Origin: Eledone cirrhosa
Lineage: Eukaryota
Direction: 5' to 3'
NCBI GenBank assembly: GCA_964016885.1
Contig: OZ024742.1
Location: 322,710,001 to 322,774,000 of the forward strand
DNA: 64,000 nucleotides
Positions within the stretch are counted from its first letter, which is position 1, and each line of letters starts with the position of its first letter. The notes under the pieces were generated by a model that saw only the letters and a program-made list of their open reading frames with translations, was not told the origin of the DNA and did no database searches. A program made the position numbers and the translations under genes. This document shows, piece by piece, positions 12,821-25,897 of this stretch.

Positions 12821-14165
12821 TGACAGTAGATTAACAAAAATCATTAGAGCATCAAACAAAATGCCTTGCAGTATTTTGGGAGCTATTTACATTTGGAGTT
12901 CAAAGATGAAAAGTGTGTTAATTTGTCAGATCAGCTTAACCTTATTGTGGTTAGTAGATTTAATTTGTCACCTAGTTCAACAGCTGCTCATTAGATGCCT
13001 TTATCAGTTCACTCTGTTGCAAACATTTAGGCCAGGTTTCCAATCTGATAACTCTTTCCCTCTCTTCCTACCTATCATGAAGGCCTTAGAAAGGGATTCT
13101 GGATAGTATTCCCTTAACCCACTTGTCATATTTCTAAAGAAATTCACTGCCCAAGTGTTTCAATTTTTTAAATAATCAATAATTTGGACTAATTTGATAA
13201 ACTAGCTAAAATTTTCAGATTATTTAGCTAGTGGCTGGAATATGACAAAAGGTTACAATTACAATTATGAACACTTTAAAATGGGTAGTTGTATGCCACA
13301 GAACCAGAGACGGTTTCAGATTTGTTGAGATCAGAGTGGGTAAAAAGCCCCCCAAAAAAACAATGTTGTTGTAGCTGTAGTACTAGCTTTTGTATTCCCT
13401 GTGGATGGATTCAATGTAATTCCAGTAGCTATGTTTTTAATTTATTGGTTGTCTGTTACATCAGCAACTCATCTGTTACTACTGATAAACAGAACAATTA
13501 ATGATGACGATGATCATGATTTTGTAAGAGGTGTGTTACAATTATTTTCTCTTATCTGAGCCAGAGGAACTGGTAACATAATGTTAATTTAATTACAACT
13601 ATATGTATACTGTATCCCTGAGTGTTGTAAAAGGCAACTAAAAGGATTGGCACCAAGAAGGGCATCTGGCTGGAAAACATTGCCTCTAAAAGGGCTCCAT
13701 GATATGTCATGAGGCCCACAAGGCTAACCCTAGCTTTAATAGGAGAAAAGACCAAAAAACACTTGTTTTGTTATTTTCTTAACTTTGCTAACACTCTTGG
13801 GACAGATAAAGAAATCACAATCTCCATAATTTTTAACCAAAAATTTTAAGACATTAACTTTTATTTATCATCATCGTTATCATTAGCACTGTTGTTATTG
13901 TTGTTGTTTTTATAAATACATGTTTCTGTTTTAGTATTGCATGATTAATAAAGCAATTTTTTTACTACAGCATACAAAACTTGTCCAAATGTTGAGGAAA
14001 GTGGAGGGAGCTTCAAAATCTCCACCACCTCTTCATATTAAAATATCTGTGTGAGATGACAATGATAGTAAATAAACTAACACATAGACATACATACAAT
14101 GTTTTGAAGTTAGTTTGGATAAAATCTCACAAGAGATGAGATATAACTAATTGTTATTATGTCTA

Positions 14166-14355
14166 GGGCGGTGGATTGGCAGTATCAGTAGAGGGTCGGA
14201 CGCCATACTTTCCAGCATAGTTATGTCCCTTTACGGTCTGAGTTCAAATCCCGTCGAGGTTAACTTTGCCTTTCACCCTTACGGGGTCGATAAAATAAAG
14301 TACCAGTAATGCACTGGGTAATTGCTGGTCTTGTGCCAAATGTAGAAACAATTAT
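14166..14355 (+). mobile_element. SINE family B; another copy at about 14645-14858
   Basis: Same head, B-box, core and tail as the 12618 copy. Confidence 0.85.
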
Positions 14356-15334
14356 GTCTATTCTGTGCTGAAGAATTTAACCATTCATTAAAGTGTAAAA
14401 TCCAATTTATTAAAAAATCTACCTCATCTCCTGATGGTTAGTCTAGAGGCAAAAAGTGGGAATAGATGATAATATTGTATATTAATGGGAGCTGAAGGAG
14501 GAAAAAATGGTTATATGCAATAATTATATAGTATACCAAAAAATGTACATTAAAAAAGCTAACTAGAAATATTGAGATGAAAAATCAAGCAAAATCAATA
14601 TTGTTCAATGGCTAATATTGTTTTTAATTATTTTGGAAAGTGAATTGGCAGTATCGGTGGAGCATTGGACAGCATGGTTTATGGCATAGAGTTACACACC
14701 TTTGCGATCTCAGTTCAAATTTCACCGAGGTTAGCTTTGCCTTTCATCCTTATGGGGGTCGATAAAATAAAGTACCAGTAATGCACTGGGGCCAATTTAA
14801 TCAACTTTCCCCTCCCCCAAAATTGTTGGCCTTGTGCCTAAATCAGAAACCAATTATTTTGGAAAGTATGGAGATAACTCTTAACATGTTTTAGGTTTGT
14901 TATGACCTCATTAGTTAGGCATATACTTGATTGAACTTGGTTAAGTAGTGGTGGGAGAATTAATTAGTAAATGTACAAGATTATTCCAGTGGGTGGTATA
15001 GAAAAAATTAAATTGTTATTTCTTGAAAGGAAACGGTTTCTCTGAAGGTTCTTAATATGTGAAGAAGTCATTTTATAAAATATGTTTACCTGTTCACTCA
15101 CCTATTAACATTGAAAGTTTTGCTGAAATCATTTGCATGGCTTCATAATTAATCAGCTAATTGTCCAAAACATTTGAGTATCTTTGATATTCCTCTTACT
15201 AACCTAACACTAATATGTAGATTGTTTCAATATTTCTGTGTTTTTCTCCCTTTTCACGTTGTCTTGTCTTTTTCTTTCTCCCCTCCCCCTCTCTCTCATA
15301 GTTATTTTGTTTTTAAATCTTTTTAGTTGTGATG

Positions 15335-15538
15335 TTAACTCTTAACATCCTGTACCACATGAAACCACAGTGTAAGAATCTTGAAAAGTATAAATCAACA
15401 CTATAACTACAAGTATTTACTCTAATACTGAAAATGTTCACAATGATCTATCCATTAGTAAAGATACTATAAACATTTGAATTTATAAACCTGATTTTAT
15501 ATGTTTTTGCTAAAACATTACAGGATATTAAGAGTTAA
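15335..15538. mobile_element. ~200-bp MITE with TTAA ends; related copy at about 21435-21618
   Basis: TIRs ttaactcttaacatcctgta and tacaggatattaagagttaa. Confidence 0.75.
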
Positions 15539-17308
15539 CATATATTTATATAAATTGAGATTCTCAGGACAGGTTTCACCCTTTATTGAGATTTCGTCAG
15601 CAATTGACTACCTTTCTCTTACTGCCCATGGTGATTCTGTATTATTGTATTTATAGATATTTATTTAAAGATATGTACTGTACCTGATTTAATATAGTCC
15701 TTAATAATAGTAACTTCTGGTGCCAAGCTGTATTACCCCTTGCTTTTCCCCTTAGAGAATATCAGGAGACTTTCATGATTGGGCAACTGTTCGTCTTCCA
15801 TTAAAAAGACAATTGCCAAAGCCTGCACATTAAAGGTGAACTTTCCAGGTGCTGATCAATGGTTGCATGAAACATTGAGGCCCTTCATATACAGTATTTC
15901 TGTGAATAGTTTGAGAAAAGTAAGGAGTTGCTGATGAGATTTCAATAATGATTGAAATTAACCCTTTTAGTCCCAAATTCGGGGAAATTGTATGGACAAT
16001 TGATTTAGCCTGAAACCAAACAACTCATAGTTAGATTGTAATATCACAGCTGACCAAGATAAATAAGATACCAAACTAGTTGCTAAAGTGTTGTTGGTTT
16101 AACCCTTTTGTTACAATATTTCCAAAGAAAGTCACTGCCTATCATTTTCAATTAATTTTGAAAATTATAAAGAATTCAAAAGGGTTTAATAAAAAAAAAA
16201 AATAATAATAATAATAATAATAATTTTCTCATTAAGTTGGTGTTTGGAACATAATTTAACAAAGAGCCTTGCATAAAATTATGATGGAAGGTTTTTAGAT
16301 AAATATAAACATGATACTGATGATGATGATAGATACTTTAAAACAGTTTCATTTCATAAAACCAGGGGCAGTTTCAGGCAGCTTAGAATTACATGGGTTG
16401 AATCATGCCATACATATTCTGATGTACTCTTGTCAAAAACACTTAGTTTAGATGTCACAATCTGCCTAGAAATAAATAGGTATAATGAGGAGGTGCCAGT
16501 GGAAGCAAATATTTTGTTACACCTCTCCAGTGTAAATTCTTTTGAATCACTACATTACTATTAAATCTACAGTTAAGTTGTAATTACTTCCCCACATACA
16601 CTCACACACCTAGTAATCAATTATGAGACTAAGACCCCCCCCCCCCTCCCCACTGCCAATGGATTATATGATAACATATGGACTCATTATCATCATCATA
16701 CATCCACTTTCCATGTTGACATAGGCTGAACACATCTTCATGGTCTGAGTCAGTTCTTATTTGAATTTACTGCCCTCCTAGATGTTCCATTTTCTACATG
16801 GTTTCCTAACTTCAATCACTTTATAGAGTGGAATGAGTATATTTTACAAAAGCATTAACAATCGAGAAGTTGTCATGTCTTTACCAAAACTGAGTTCTCT
16901 CAACTCTGTTGTCTCTTTTCATTCTCTAAACATTACAAAATATTCTTGGTACCTTTTATATTATGGCACCAGCACTGGTAGGGTTATCTTGTGCCCTGCC
17001 ACACTAAAAAGTCCTCACCACTCAACGTTGCCTCAGGCAACCACTTTACAAATACTACTGGGTGCATTATATCATAGCACTTGCACCAGAAAAGCTCCTT
17101 TTGCCCTGCAAGACTAAAATATTTTCATTACTCTACAATATCTCCATTTATTCAGAGCAACATTAATGGGGGCACCAAACTTATATATGCTAATGCGACC
17201 CTGGACTACACTACTAGTCAGTTATAATTTAATAGGACACTGATACAAAATTTAGAATATAGACTGCCCTCTCTGTCTCTTATTTTAATCTGGGCCCTTT
17301 ATTTTCAG

Positions 17309-17431
17309 ATATTTACTGCGTCTCCACCCCTTGTCTTAGGTTTGTTTGACCGTACATGTAATGAAGAAAATATGCTTCGGTTTCCAGCATTGTATAAAAC
17401 TTCGCAAAGCGGGGAACTTTTTAACATCAAG
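17309..17431 (+). CDS. ATP8A1: P4-ATPase exon [41 protein letters not shown]
   Basis: ttttcAG and GTAAGT, 123 nt, phase 0-0; FTAxPP-x-x-LG-x-FDR motif of TM6. Confidence 0.96.
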
Positions 17432-17483
17432 GTAAGTATTCACTTATATTAGTTGTGTTGAAAAAAAGGAATAATTAAATTTA

Positions 17484-17770
17484 CAGCTCACACCTATGCA
17501 GGTTTAGATGGCTTCACAGGAGGTTTCTCAGGTGTTTTAATGATAATGACCCCAGTCTTATCATGTTGCACAGCTCACACCTATGCAGATTTAGCTGGCC
17601 TCCTATCGGGTTATATCTCGTAGGTTTCTTGGATGTTTTAATGAAAGGGATCCTAGTCCTATCATGTTGCACAGCTTACACCTATGCAAGTTTAGTTGGC
17701 TTTCTATTAGGTTATATCTCCTCGGAGGTTTCTTGGATGTTTTAATGATAGGGATCTCAGTCCTGTCCCG
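17484..17770. repeat. Three diverged tandem units of about 90-100 bp
   Basis: cagctcacacctatgcag...gatgttttaatga recurs at about 17484, 17570 and 17670. Confidence 0.7.
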
Positions 17771-18176
17771 TAAAGCAATGTGAGATTAAGCACCTTGTTC
17801 AAGAACACAACATACCAGCTGGTCTAAGAATTGCACCCACAATCTTATAATTGTGAGTTCAATGCATAACCACATCCACTAGGTTAACATACCTTCACAT
17901 ATTACTGTATTTGATGGAATATAGGACCCCTACCTCATTTTAACAGGGACTATTAACAAAAAAATATTAGTCAATCAGATATATCAGCTTGACATATAAG
18001 ACTTGCATGATATTTTTTTTTTTTAGTAATTTTTGGAGAGAAAAGGGGTCTTATGTGCCATACCATGAAATATGGGGGATATGTTGTATTTATATCAGTC
18101 ACTTTATCATTTTCATGAGAGTCATGTTGTATATTTATATAGCAGTTGTTTTAATCCTACTTTTCTCTTGTTTCAG

Positions 18177-18255
18177 GTATTCTGGATGTGGCTCATCAAT
18201 TCTATTTATCATTCTATTTTGCTGTTTTGGTTAACAGTTGTTGCTCTTAAACATG
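18177..18255 (+). CDS. ATP8A1: P4-ATPase exon VFWMWLINSIYHSILLFWLTVVALKH(D), TM7
   Basis: tttcAG and GTAGGT, 79 nt, phase 0-1; frame continues correctly into 18901. Confidence 0.94.
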
Positions 18256-18424
18256 GTAGGTATATTAATTCAACCTATATATCATTCTATTTTGTTATTT
18301 TGGTTAACAATTGTTGCCCTTAAACATGGTAGGTATATTAATTCAACCTATTTATCATTCTATTTTGCTGTTTTGGTTAACAATTGTTGATCTTAAACAT
18401 GGTAGGTATATTAATTCAACCTAT
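18196..18424 (+). repeat. 73-bp tandem triplication spanning the TM7 exon 3' end and its donor
   Basis: cttaaacatg|GTAGGTatattaattcaacc ends at exon positions 18255, 18328 and 18401 (period 73). Confidence 0.95.
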
Positions 18425-18900
18425 AGTAGAAAATACTTGCCCAAGGTGTCATGCAGTGTGACCAAACCTGAAGCCATGTGGTTGCAAAGTAAACTTCTTA
18501 ACCATGCAGCCATTACTGTGCTTATACATGTGTGTATATTAAATTGAGCTCACCATCCATTAGTTTGGTATTTATTTTATCAAAACACTGCCACCTCACC
18601 ATCAACATTCAACTACAGTTGTAGGCAGCCCCATTGTAGCTTTCATAATCATTAGTGGTCTCATGGTCCTGTGATTACCCTAGGTCATTGGTGGGATATG
18701 AATCTTTAGGTAGAATATGAGTGCATTCAGAACGCAGAGCCAGAGCAGCACCACTCCCATAATAATGAGATTTCAGTTTAAGAATGTAATATAAATTTGA
18801 ACACTTACAGAAGGTTTGGGACAGTTTGGTATTTAAAGGGTTAATATGTTTGTTTGTTTTTAGTTTTTACTCAAAAACAGTCTCTGCTTGTTTCTTTCAG

Positions 18901-18962
18901 ATATTCTTTACTCAAATGGAGAAGTTGGTAACTATCTTCTCCTTGGAAACTTTGTATATACG
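18901..18962 (+). CDS. ATP8A1: P4-ATPase exon (D)ILYSNGEVGNYLLLGNFVYT
   Basis: tttctttcAG and GTAAGT, 62 nt, phase 1-0; GN-x-VYT motif of TM8. Confidence 0.95.
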
Positions 18963-19298
18963 GTAAGTGAAGTATACTTACATTTTATTGGTTTCAGATA
19001 TTATTTTTTAAGCAATCAAACTTATGAAATCCTTTTAAAGGCAATGTTTTATGGCAGGGTACCACCCTTCATGGGGCAAATCCTTTTGTAGAGATACAAT
19101 GTATCTCTTACAACATGCTGAGGGACAATGTATCTATTGCAATGTATCTGCTCCATGTTTATCACAGATAAACATAGAACAACTGAGAAACTTGGAAAGA
19201 ACAGAAATGAGAATGTTTTAGTAGGTGAGTATAGATGGAAGAAAGGGAGACAATCAATGAACTGCAGATGGTGAACTGAATAATGATGGATATTGCTA

Positions 19299-19625
19299 GG
19301 AGGCACATGGCTTAGTGGTTAGAGCATTGGGCTTGCAATCGAAAGGTTGTGAATTCAATTCTCAGACCGGGTGATGTTGTTTCCTTGAGAAAAACACTTT
19401 ATTTCACATTGCTCCAGTTTACTCAGCTGTAGAAATGAGATGATGGAGTCCCTATCATTCCACGGCAAAAGAGCACCCAGTCCACACTGTAAAGTGGACG
19501 TGTAGGCACCATGGAAAAAAAAAAGCACCCAGCACTCACTGTAAATGAGGTTGGTGTTAGGAAGGGCATCCAGCTGTAGAAATCAAGCAGGGAGAAGCGG
19601 ATGTAAAATGATGATGATGATGATG
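19299..19625 (+). mobile_element. SINE family A
   Basis: A/B boxes, CORE-like centre, (ATG)n tail. Confidence 0.88.
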
Positions 19626-19947
19626 GTTATGTGTTGAGGAAGAGGAGTAATGGGAATGAATGTGAAAAGTGGAGAAAGAGGAAGACTAAGAAAGACATGG
19701 CTGAAGATGTGGAGCAGGAATTGAAATTTGGTGAGGGGGGGAAAATGGAGTAGATTACCATGCAAGCCCCTTCTATTTCCTGTCATGAGAAGTGATCGGG
19801 CGTAAGCAATGTCCAACTGACTTTTCGTAAGCAATGTCAATTTGATATTTGCTGTGACTGATGCATGCGTGTGTGAATGTAAGCACATACATACACACAC
19901 ACACACTTATAAGAGATATAATATTTTGTTCTTTCTATTTGTTTCAG

Positions 19948-20004
19948 TATGTTGTTGTTACTGTATGTCTAAAAGCGGGTTTGGAAACAAGTTCATGGAC
20001 TTGG
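19948..20004 (+). CDS. ATP8A1: P4-ATPase exon YVVVTVCLKAGLETSSWTW
   Basis: tttcAG and GTAAGT, 57 nt; VVVTVCLKAGLET is essentially the ATP8A1/2 sequence. Confidence 0.97.
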
Positions 20005-20009
20005 GTAAG

Positions 20010-20650
20010 TAGAATCTTCTTCTTTGTCCACTTATTCCTGATTGTAGGGGCAGAGTCCTCAAATACTTCTTCCAGCAGGCCCTGTCAGAAGCAACCGTCT
20101 CCAACTGATCCGGCTGGATCCCCAAGAGAGACCAGCCAAGCCCATGGATGTTATAAAACCATCTTGCTTGGGGTCTATCCCTGGGTCTCCTGCCAGTTGG
20201 TTTTGCCCGTAAAATCTATCCAGCGATTCTTTCCTGAGACATTCTAACCACATGCCCGTAGTATCGGAGCTGTGATCTCTCAATTCAAAGAAGTGGCGTC
20301 TCTACCTGCAGTGACTCTCTGATCTCCGAGCTACTCACTCAATTGAGTAACATTACTCCAAAGACCCTTCAGAGGAACCCCATTTCAGCCACTTGTATTC
20401 GCAATCATATCCTTTCAGTCATTACCCAAAATTCGTGACCGTAGGTAAGGGTTAGCATGAATACTGAATTGAAGATAGTGAGTTTGGCTTTTACACCTTC
20501 TTTTGACTACTGAATGCTGAAGCTGGCACATTACTGCACCAGCTCCTGAAATGCTTGCACTTAATACAGCCTCCTGCCTTCCATTACTTGTGAACACGGC
20601 CCTGAAATACTTGTTCTCTACACCTGCTTCAGTGGAACTCCATTTATATG
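20010..20650 (-). mobile_element. Degenerate RTE-clade LINE 3' fragment
   Basis: Minus-strand remnants such as LTIFNSVFMLTLTYG, WVMTERI, RIQVAEMGFL, with frameshifts. Confidence 0.65.
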
Positions 20651-20913
20651 TAGAGTGCACTGCAGGAGTATGGGATCAATGGTCACCCTCTCTCCTTCCC
20701 CTCTTTCTTTCTTCCTTTGTCTAATAGTCCTTGCTCTTACCCTCCTTTTCCTCTCATTTAAGGTATTTATCATTGATGCTTTCTTTTTCTGTATGTTTAA
20801 CCAAGTAAAAATAAAATATTTTCCAATTCAAATAGTATATTTCATTAGAAATATGGTCACAAAAGGGTTATACCTTTGTAACATCATTCTCCTTATTTTC
20901 TCCTTCATTCCAG

Positions 20914-21021
20914 ATGACACACCTTGCAATATGGGGCAGCATTGTCAGTTGGTTCATGTTTCTAATTATTTATAGCCATGTATGGCCTGTCATCAACTTG
21001 GCACCAGAGATGGTAGGCATG
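20914..21021 (+). CDS. ATP8A1: P4-ATPase exon MTHLAIWGSIVSWFMFLIIYSHVWPVINLAPEMVGM, TM9
   Basis: ttccAG and GTACGT, 108 nt, phase 0-0; HLAIWGS motif. Confidence 0.95.
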
Positions 21022-21070
21022 GTACGTAATATTTACACATCTCTTATTTATTTTTATTTCTATATTTATT

Positions 21071-21260
21071 GGCGGTGGATTGGCAGTATTGGTAGAGGGT
21101 CGGACGCCATGCTTTGACGCATAGTTACGGCCCTTGCCATTCTGAGTTCAAATCCCACCGAGGTTAACTTTGCCTTTCATCCTTACGGGGTTGATAAAAT
21201 AAAGTACCAGTAATACACTGGCTAATTGCTGGCCTTGTGCCTAACGTAGAAACAATTATT
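21071..21260 (+). mobile_element. SINE family B
   Basis: Near-identical to the 12618 and 14166 copies. Confidence 0.85.
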
Positions 21261-22534
21261 TCTATATTTATTCATGGACTATTGATATCAACCATAGAAA
21301 CACTATTTCTTCAGTGGTCCATCAAATGATGACATTCCTCAGGTGACTATTCCAAGTCTGTGTTCTCAGGTGAGTTCAGACTGATCTGTGTTCTGCACTT
21401 GTAGCCCATCTGTAGGTTAATGATGTCATTGAAGTTAACTCTTAACATCATGTGATGATTTAGCAGAAAATATCTAAAAACTGGTTTGTAATTCAAATTT
21501 TTACAGTATCTTTACTAGTAGACAGATCACAATTAACTAAAGATTTCAATTTTTAATGTGATGTCTTGTACTTTTCAAGAATATCTTGCTAATGCAGTTT
21601 CATGTGATTAAGAGTTAAGGTACTTTTCTGCACACTGTGGGCAAGATTAGTATTGGTGAGCCTCCTTTGCTCTCAACACTTGTATCACAGTAGTTCCTTG
21701 ATGGCTCATCACTCGCCAGTCCTTCATACAGGTTTCTCAGTCTGCTAAACACAGACACAGCTGCTGTTGTTTAACCATAGGTCAGCCTTTATTAGGCGGT
21801 CATATAATCAAAAGTGTTCTAGGCATGGCTATGTTTGTGTCAAACTCAGATTTGCTGTCACTACTGGATCGATTCTCTCCAGCAGCTCTTACTTAAAAGG
21901 TGACTCCATTGGCTTGGTTATGCATTCCACTACACAATAGATGAACCCATTCATGATGCAGTAGCACTGGGCCATTCCCAGAATGGCATAAATGGGGGGA
22001 CAGACAGTTGAAAACATGGATTAACATGATAAATTTGGATCTTCAGCTAATATCCCATCATACCATGTATAGTATCCACCATTGCAATCATGTTTAGCTG
22101 ATAATATCTGTTAGATGTCTGTGATCACAATGCATGGGTGACGTCTGTTCACGATGCTGTAAATGCACTGGTTAGAACCAACATATAGTGTCAACCATTG
22201 GAATCATGTTTGACTGACAGTATCAGCATTGGACATCTATGATTATCATGCATGGGCAGCCTCAGTTTGTTATGCAATGGATGAGCTCAACTCATCTTGG
22301 GTGAACGCCAACACAAATAGAAGTAAGCCATAACTAGCTAATTAAAAAGAAAATATTGCTATTTAAGTTTCTGGACTATTGTTATGAATCTCACACACAC
22401 ACACAAACATCAGCTCTGATCGAGCAGATCTATGATCAAAGATGTTTTGACCATGGCCATCCCATCTTTTCTTCTTTATAACAATGTTGTTTTTTTCATG
22501 TTTTTTAATTCATGTTATTATTTTTATTTACCAG

Positions 22535-22623
22535 GATAGCCATGTGTTTGGTTGTTTAATATTCTGGGCAGGCTTATTATTGATTCCGACCACAGCCCTT
22601 TTGCGGGATGTCATGTGGAAAGT
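22535..22623 (+). CDS. ATP8A1: P4-ATPase exon DSHVFGCLIFWAGLLLIPTTALLRDVMWK(V), TM10
   Basis: ttaccAG and GTAAGT, 89 nt, phase 0-2; FW-x-GL-x-x-IP-x-x-x-L-x-x-D pattern. Confidence 0.94.
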
Positions 22624-23004
22624 GTAAGTACCATATCAGCTAGCAATTGTTTGTTGTATGTATTATCATCACCACATATAGGCAGCAAATTGGCAGAATT
22701 GTAGGAGTGTCAGTATTTGTTCCAGCTCTATGTTCAAATCTCATTAAGGTCAACTTCATTTTTCATCTTTTCGGGGTTGATGATGTACCTGCCAAAGGGT
22801 AATGGATTAGCAGATGAGATGCAATAAATCATCTGGTTCTGTGTATTCTGAGTTCAAATACCACCTCCTTTTTCCAGGAGTTACAGCTAACATAATATTA
22901 TCAGCAATGGAAAATGAAAGGAAATGTAGTTTCTTTGGTCTGATCTGACAATCAGATCCTTTCCTTTACCTTGTGTCACCATATCATTATAATCATCAAT
23001 CCTC

Positions 23005-23335
23005 ACTACCTATGGTCTCTACCTATGCTAAGACACCCTCAGCCCTCTTGACAATTTTAGAGATGTGCTTCGTCCAACGCAAATCGCTGCTGACCGTAAT
23101 GCCCAGGTCACGTTCACAAGAAGACTTCTTGATATTAGTGCTGTGGAGGGAGTATGTGGATGCTGGGTTTTTACTCCCAAAATGCATGGTGGTGCACTTG
23201 TCCACAGCCAGCTTGAGTTGCCAGTCTGAGATCCATTGTTGCATTGTGTCCAGGTCAGACTGCAAGCAAGGTCTATAGTGTTCAGAATATGTCCTTTTTA
23301 TCTCAAGGTACAACTTGATACAACTGTTAGATGAT
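23005..23335 (-). mobile_element. CR1/L2-type LINE RT C-terminal fragment
   Basis: LQSDLDTMQQWISDWQLKLAVDKCTTMHFG...ERDLGITVSSDLRWTKHI matches the CR1-clade pattern after the RT core. Confidence 0.8.
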
Positions 23336-23459
23336 AGAACCCTTGCTAGCAGGGAAAGTGGACATTAAAACGATGGTGATGATGAATATACAATATATAT
23401 ATATAGAGAGAGAAAGAGAGATAACAATACTGGCAACAGGTACAAATTCTGTGGTTATT

Positions 23460-23790
23460 GGCTGTCAAAATGGCCATCCAGTCCACACTGTAGAGTGGTT
23501 GTGTAGGTGTCACGACAAAAAGCACCCAGCCCACACTAAAATGGTTGTATAAGAATCACAACAAAAAGCACCCAACCTACACTGTAAAATGGTCATGTAG
23601 GAGTCACAACAAAAAGCACCCAGCACACATTGTAAGTGTGGTTGGTATTAGGAAGGGCATCCAGCCATAAAAGCCAAGCCAGAAACAGTAGTGTGTGAGC
23701 AAGACACGGTCACCTGACCCAACTTGCCTCAAACGAGACAACCCATCTAACCCATACTAGCATGGAAAATGGATGTTAAACGATGATACA
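23460..23790 (+). mobile_element. RTE-type 3' UTR/SINE tail with internal ~45-bp repeats
   Basis: Repeated aaaagcacccagc.cacactgtaaa followed by ggaagggcatccagc and gatgttaaacgatgat. Confidence 0.65.
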
Positions 23791-24053
23791 TCCATGGTTT
23801 GGGAACTAGATAGATCTCAGTATGTTTTGGTGCAGGGTAGATATAGTATTACAGTAAAATTCCAGTGGAGGGTTATATCCATTTCAGTGTATCCAGGACA
23901 AAGTTAAAAGTTACTTCAACTTTGGCCTGGAGATAATAGTCACATTCCAAAGTAAACTGAAATGGATTCTACTATATTTATATATAGAGAAATATAAATA
24001 TGTATGTGTATGTATATATTCATTTTTTTCTTCTCTATCTATTTCTACACTAG

Positions 24054-24155
24054 TATCCGACGTACTTTACTAAAAACACTCCGAGAGGAAGTCCAAGAAA
24101 AAGAACTAGCCAATGAAGATCCTTCCGGAGTGGTATTAAAATCTACGAAGAGAAG
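24054..24155 (+). CDS. ATP8A1: C-tail exon (V)IRRTLLKTLREEVQEKELANEDPSGVVLKSTKR(R)
   Basis: Pyrimidine tract plus tAG, GTAAGA donor, 102 nt, phase 2-2; KTL-x-EEVQE-x-E and DP pattern of the ATP8A tail. Confidence 0.93.
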
Positions 24156-24867
24156 GTAAGAAATTTGTTTCCAGAACCGAGGTTTCAGTCAGGTTTATTT
24201 TCTACTGCTAACCTTCTACGGAATTGGTCAGGGTCTCAACATCAGGATGTTCTGCTGACCTTCCACAGAATTGGTCAATGTTTTAGTCTGGCTATTTTCT
24301 GATATTGACCATGTGTGTGGAGTTGGTTAGTGTTTCTATGAGATGCTGTGATGGGGATGTTCTGTTTGAATAAAGCACCTGAATCTCTGCTGTGTGAGCT
24401 TCACCAAATATAAATGTGTGTGTGTGTGTGTGTGTATATAAATATATATGTATATAGACATATATATATATATATACGTGTATATATACATACAGGGAAT
24501 TTCTCACAAATTCATCATTGCCAACATTGGTGATTAATTTACATATTAAATAATTTAATCAAACAGACTTGGTTTACTGAAGACACTTGAACCAGATGTT
24601 TTAGGAATATGTTAAGATAGTTAAGAAATATGAATAATAGATTAAGCTGGTGTTTTTCACTTTTGTCTATGTCCTGTTGTATATAGTACACAGTATAGTT
24701 TTAAATGTATTTATATTTACGGTAATGTGTGTAACAATTTCTTTATATAAAACTTTTTAATTTTTACATTCTTTTACACCTCTATGACAAGTAATTTAAG
24801 TTGACGATAACGAAGTTGACATCGTTAAAGATATATTTGTGTTGAAAACACAGTATGTATGTATATA

Positions 24868-24942
24868 CAGGGTGTCCTAAAAATGTATACATACTTCAAA
24901 AGCATTCTAATAAGTGTATATAACGCTTTTTGGGACACCCTG
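24868..24942. mobile_element. 75-bp Tc1/mariner-type mini-MITE; copies at 58013-58091 (inverted) and about 32513-32600
   Basis: TA + CAGGGTGTCC ... GGACACCCTG + TA. Confidence 0.8.
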
Positions 24943-25344
24943 TATATATATATATATATATATTGTGTGTGTGTGTGTATATGTGTAAGTGTATGTGTGC
25001 ATTTGTCTATATATACATGCACATAACAAATCTAGAATTGTTATTTAGACATGCAATTTGAGCATTTTGCTATTTTGACCCTACTAACTGGATTTATATA
25101 GATATCTACTTCTAGTGTTTGGTGTGTGTGTACACTAGAATTATTGATATGTGTGCCTTGTTTTCAGTTAAACCATCTGCTATGAAAGTTAACACTTACT
25201 AACATATTTCACTATTTTTTACCATTTCTGTTGTTGTTATTGATTTGGCAGTTGGTTGAGCAACACCCAGAATGCCTTGCAATATTTTGTTACATCTGAC
25301 TATACCCTGACATCTTCATATGTGTTTGTATATTTTAAGAAAAA

Positions 25345-25845
25345 ATGTGTGTGTGTATGTATGTATGTATATATGTATATATATGTGTATGTATGTGTAT
25401 ATATCTATGTATGTGTATATATGTGTGTATGTATGTGTATATATGTGTGTCTGTATGTGTATATATGTATATATGTGTGTATGTATGTGTATATATGTGT
25501 GTATGTATGTGTGTATACGTATGTGTGTATATAAATATATGTATGTGTGTGTGTATATATATGTATGTATATAAATATATGTATGTGTGTGTGTGTGTAT
25601 ATATATGTATGTATATAAATATATGTATGTGTGTGTATATATATGTATGTATATAAATATATGTATGTGTGTGTGTATATATATGTACGTATATAAATGT
25701 GTGTGTGTATATGTTTATGTATATAATTATATATAGATGCTTGTATGTATGTATATAAACGTGAAAATGTTTTTTTAGAGGTGTGAACTTTTGTGATGGA
25801 GGAGTACTGCTACTGATGGTAAGTTCTTGTGACACGACAGCAGTA

Positions 25846-25895
<50 letters not shown>
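25345..25895. repeat. Compound (TG/TA/TGTA)n microsatellite field
   Basis: Direct inspection; source of several spurious ORFs. Confidence 0.9.

Positions 25896-25897
<2 letters not shown>

Noticed and set aside
25252-25340. Phase-2 open stretch after ttggcAG (WLSNTQNALQ...)
   Set aside because: Resembles a decayed SINE B head (ttggcag..ggttgagca..aatgccttgca) and runs into microsatellite
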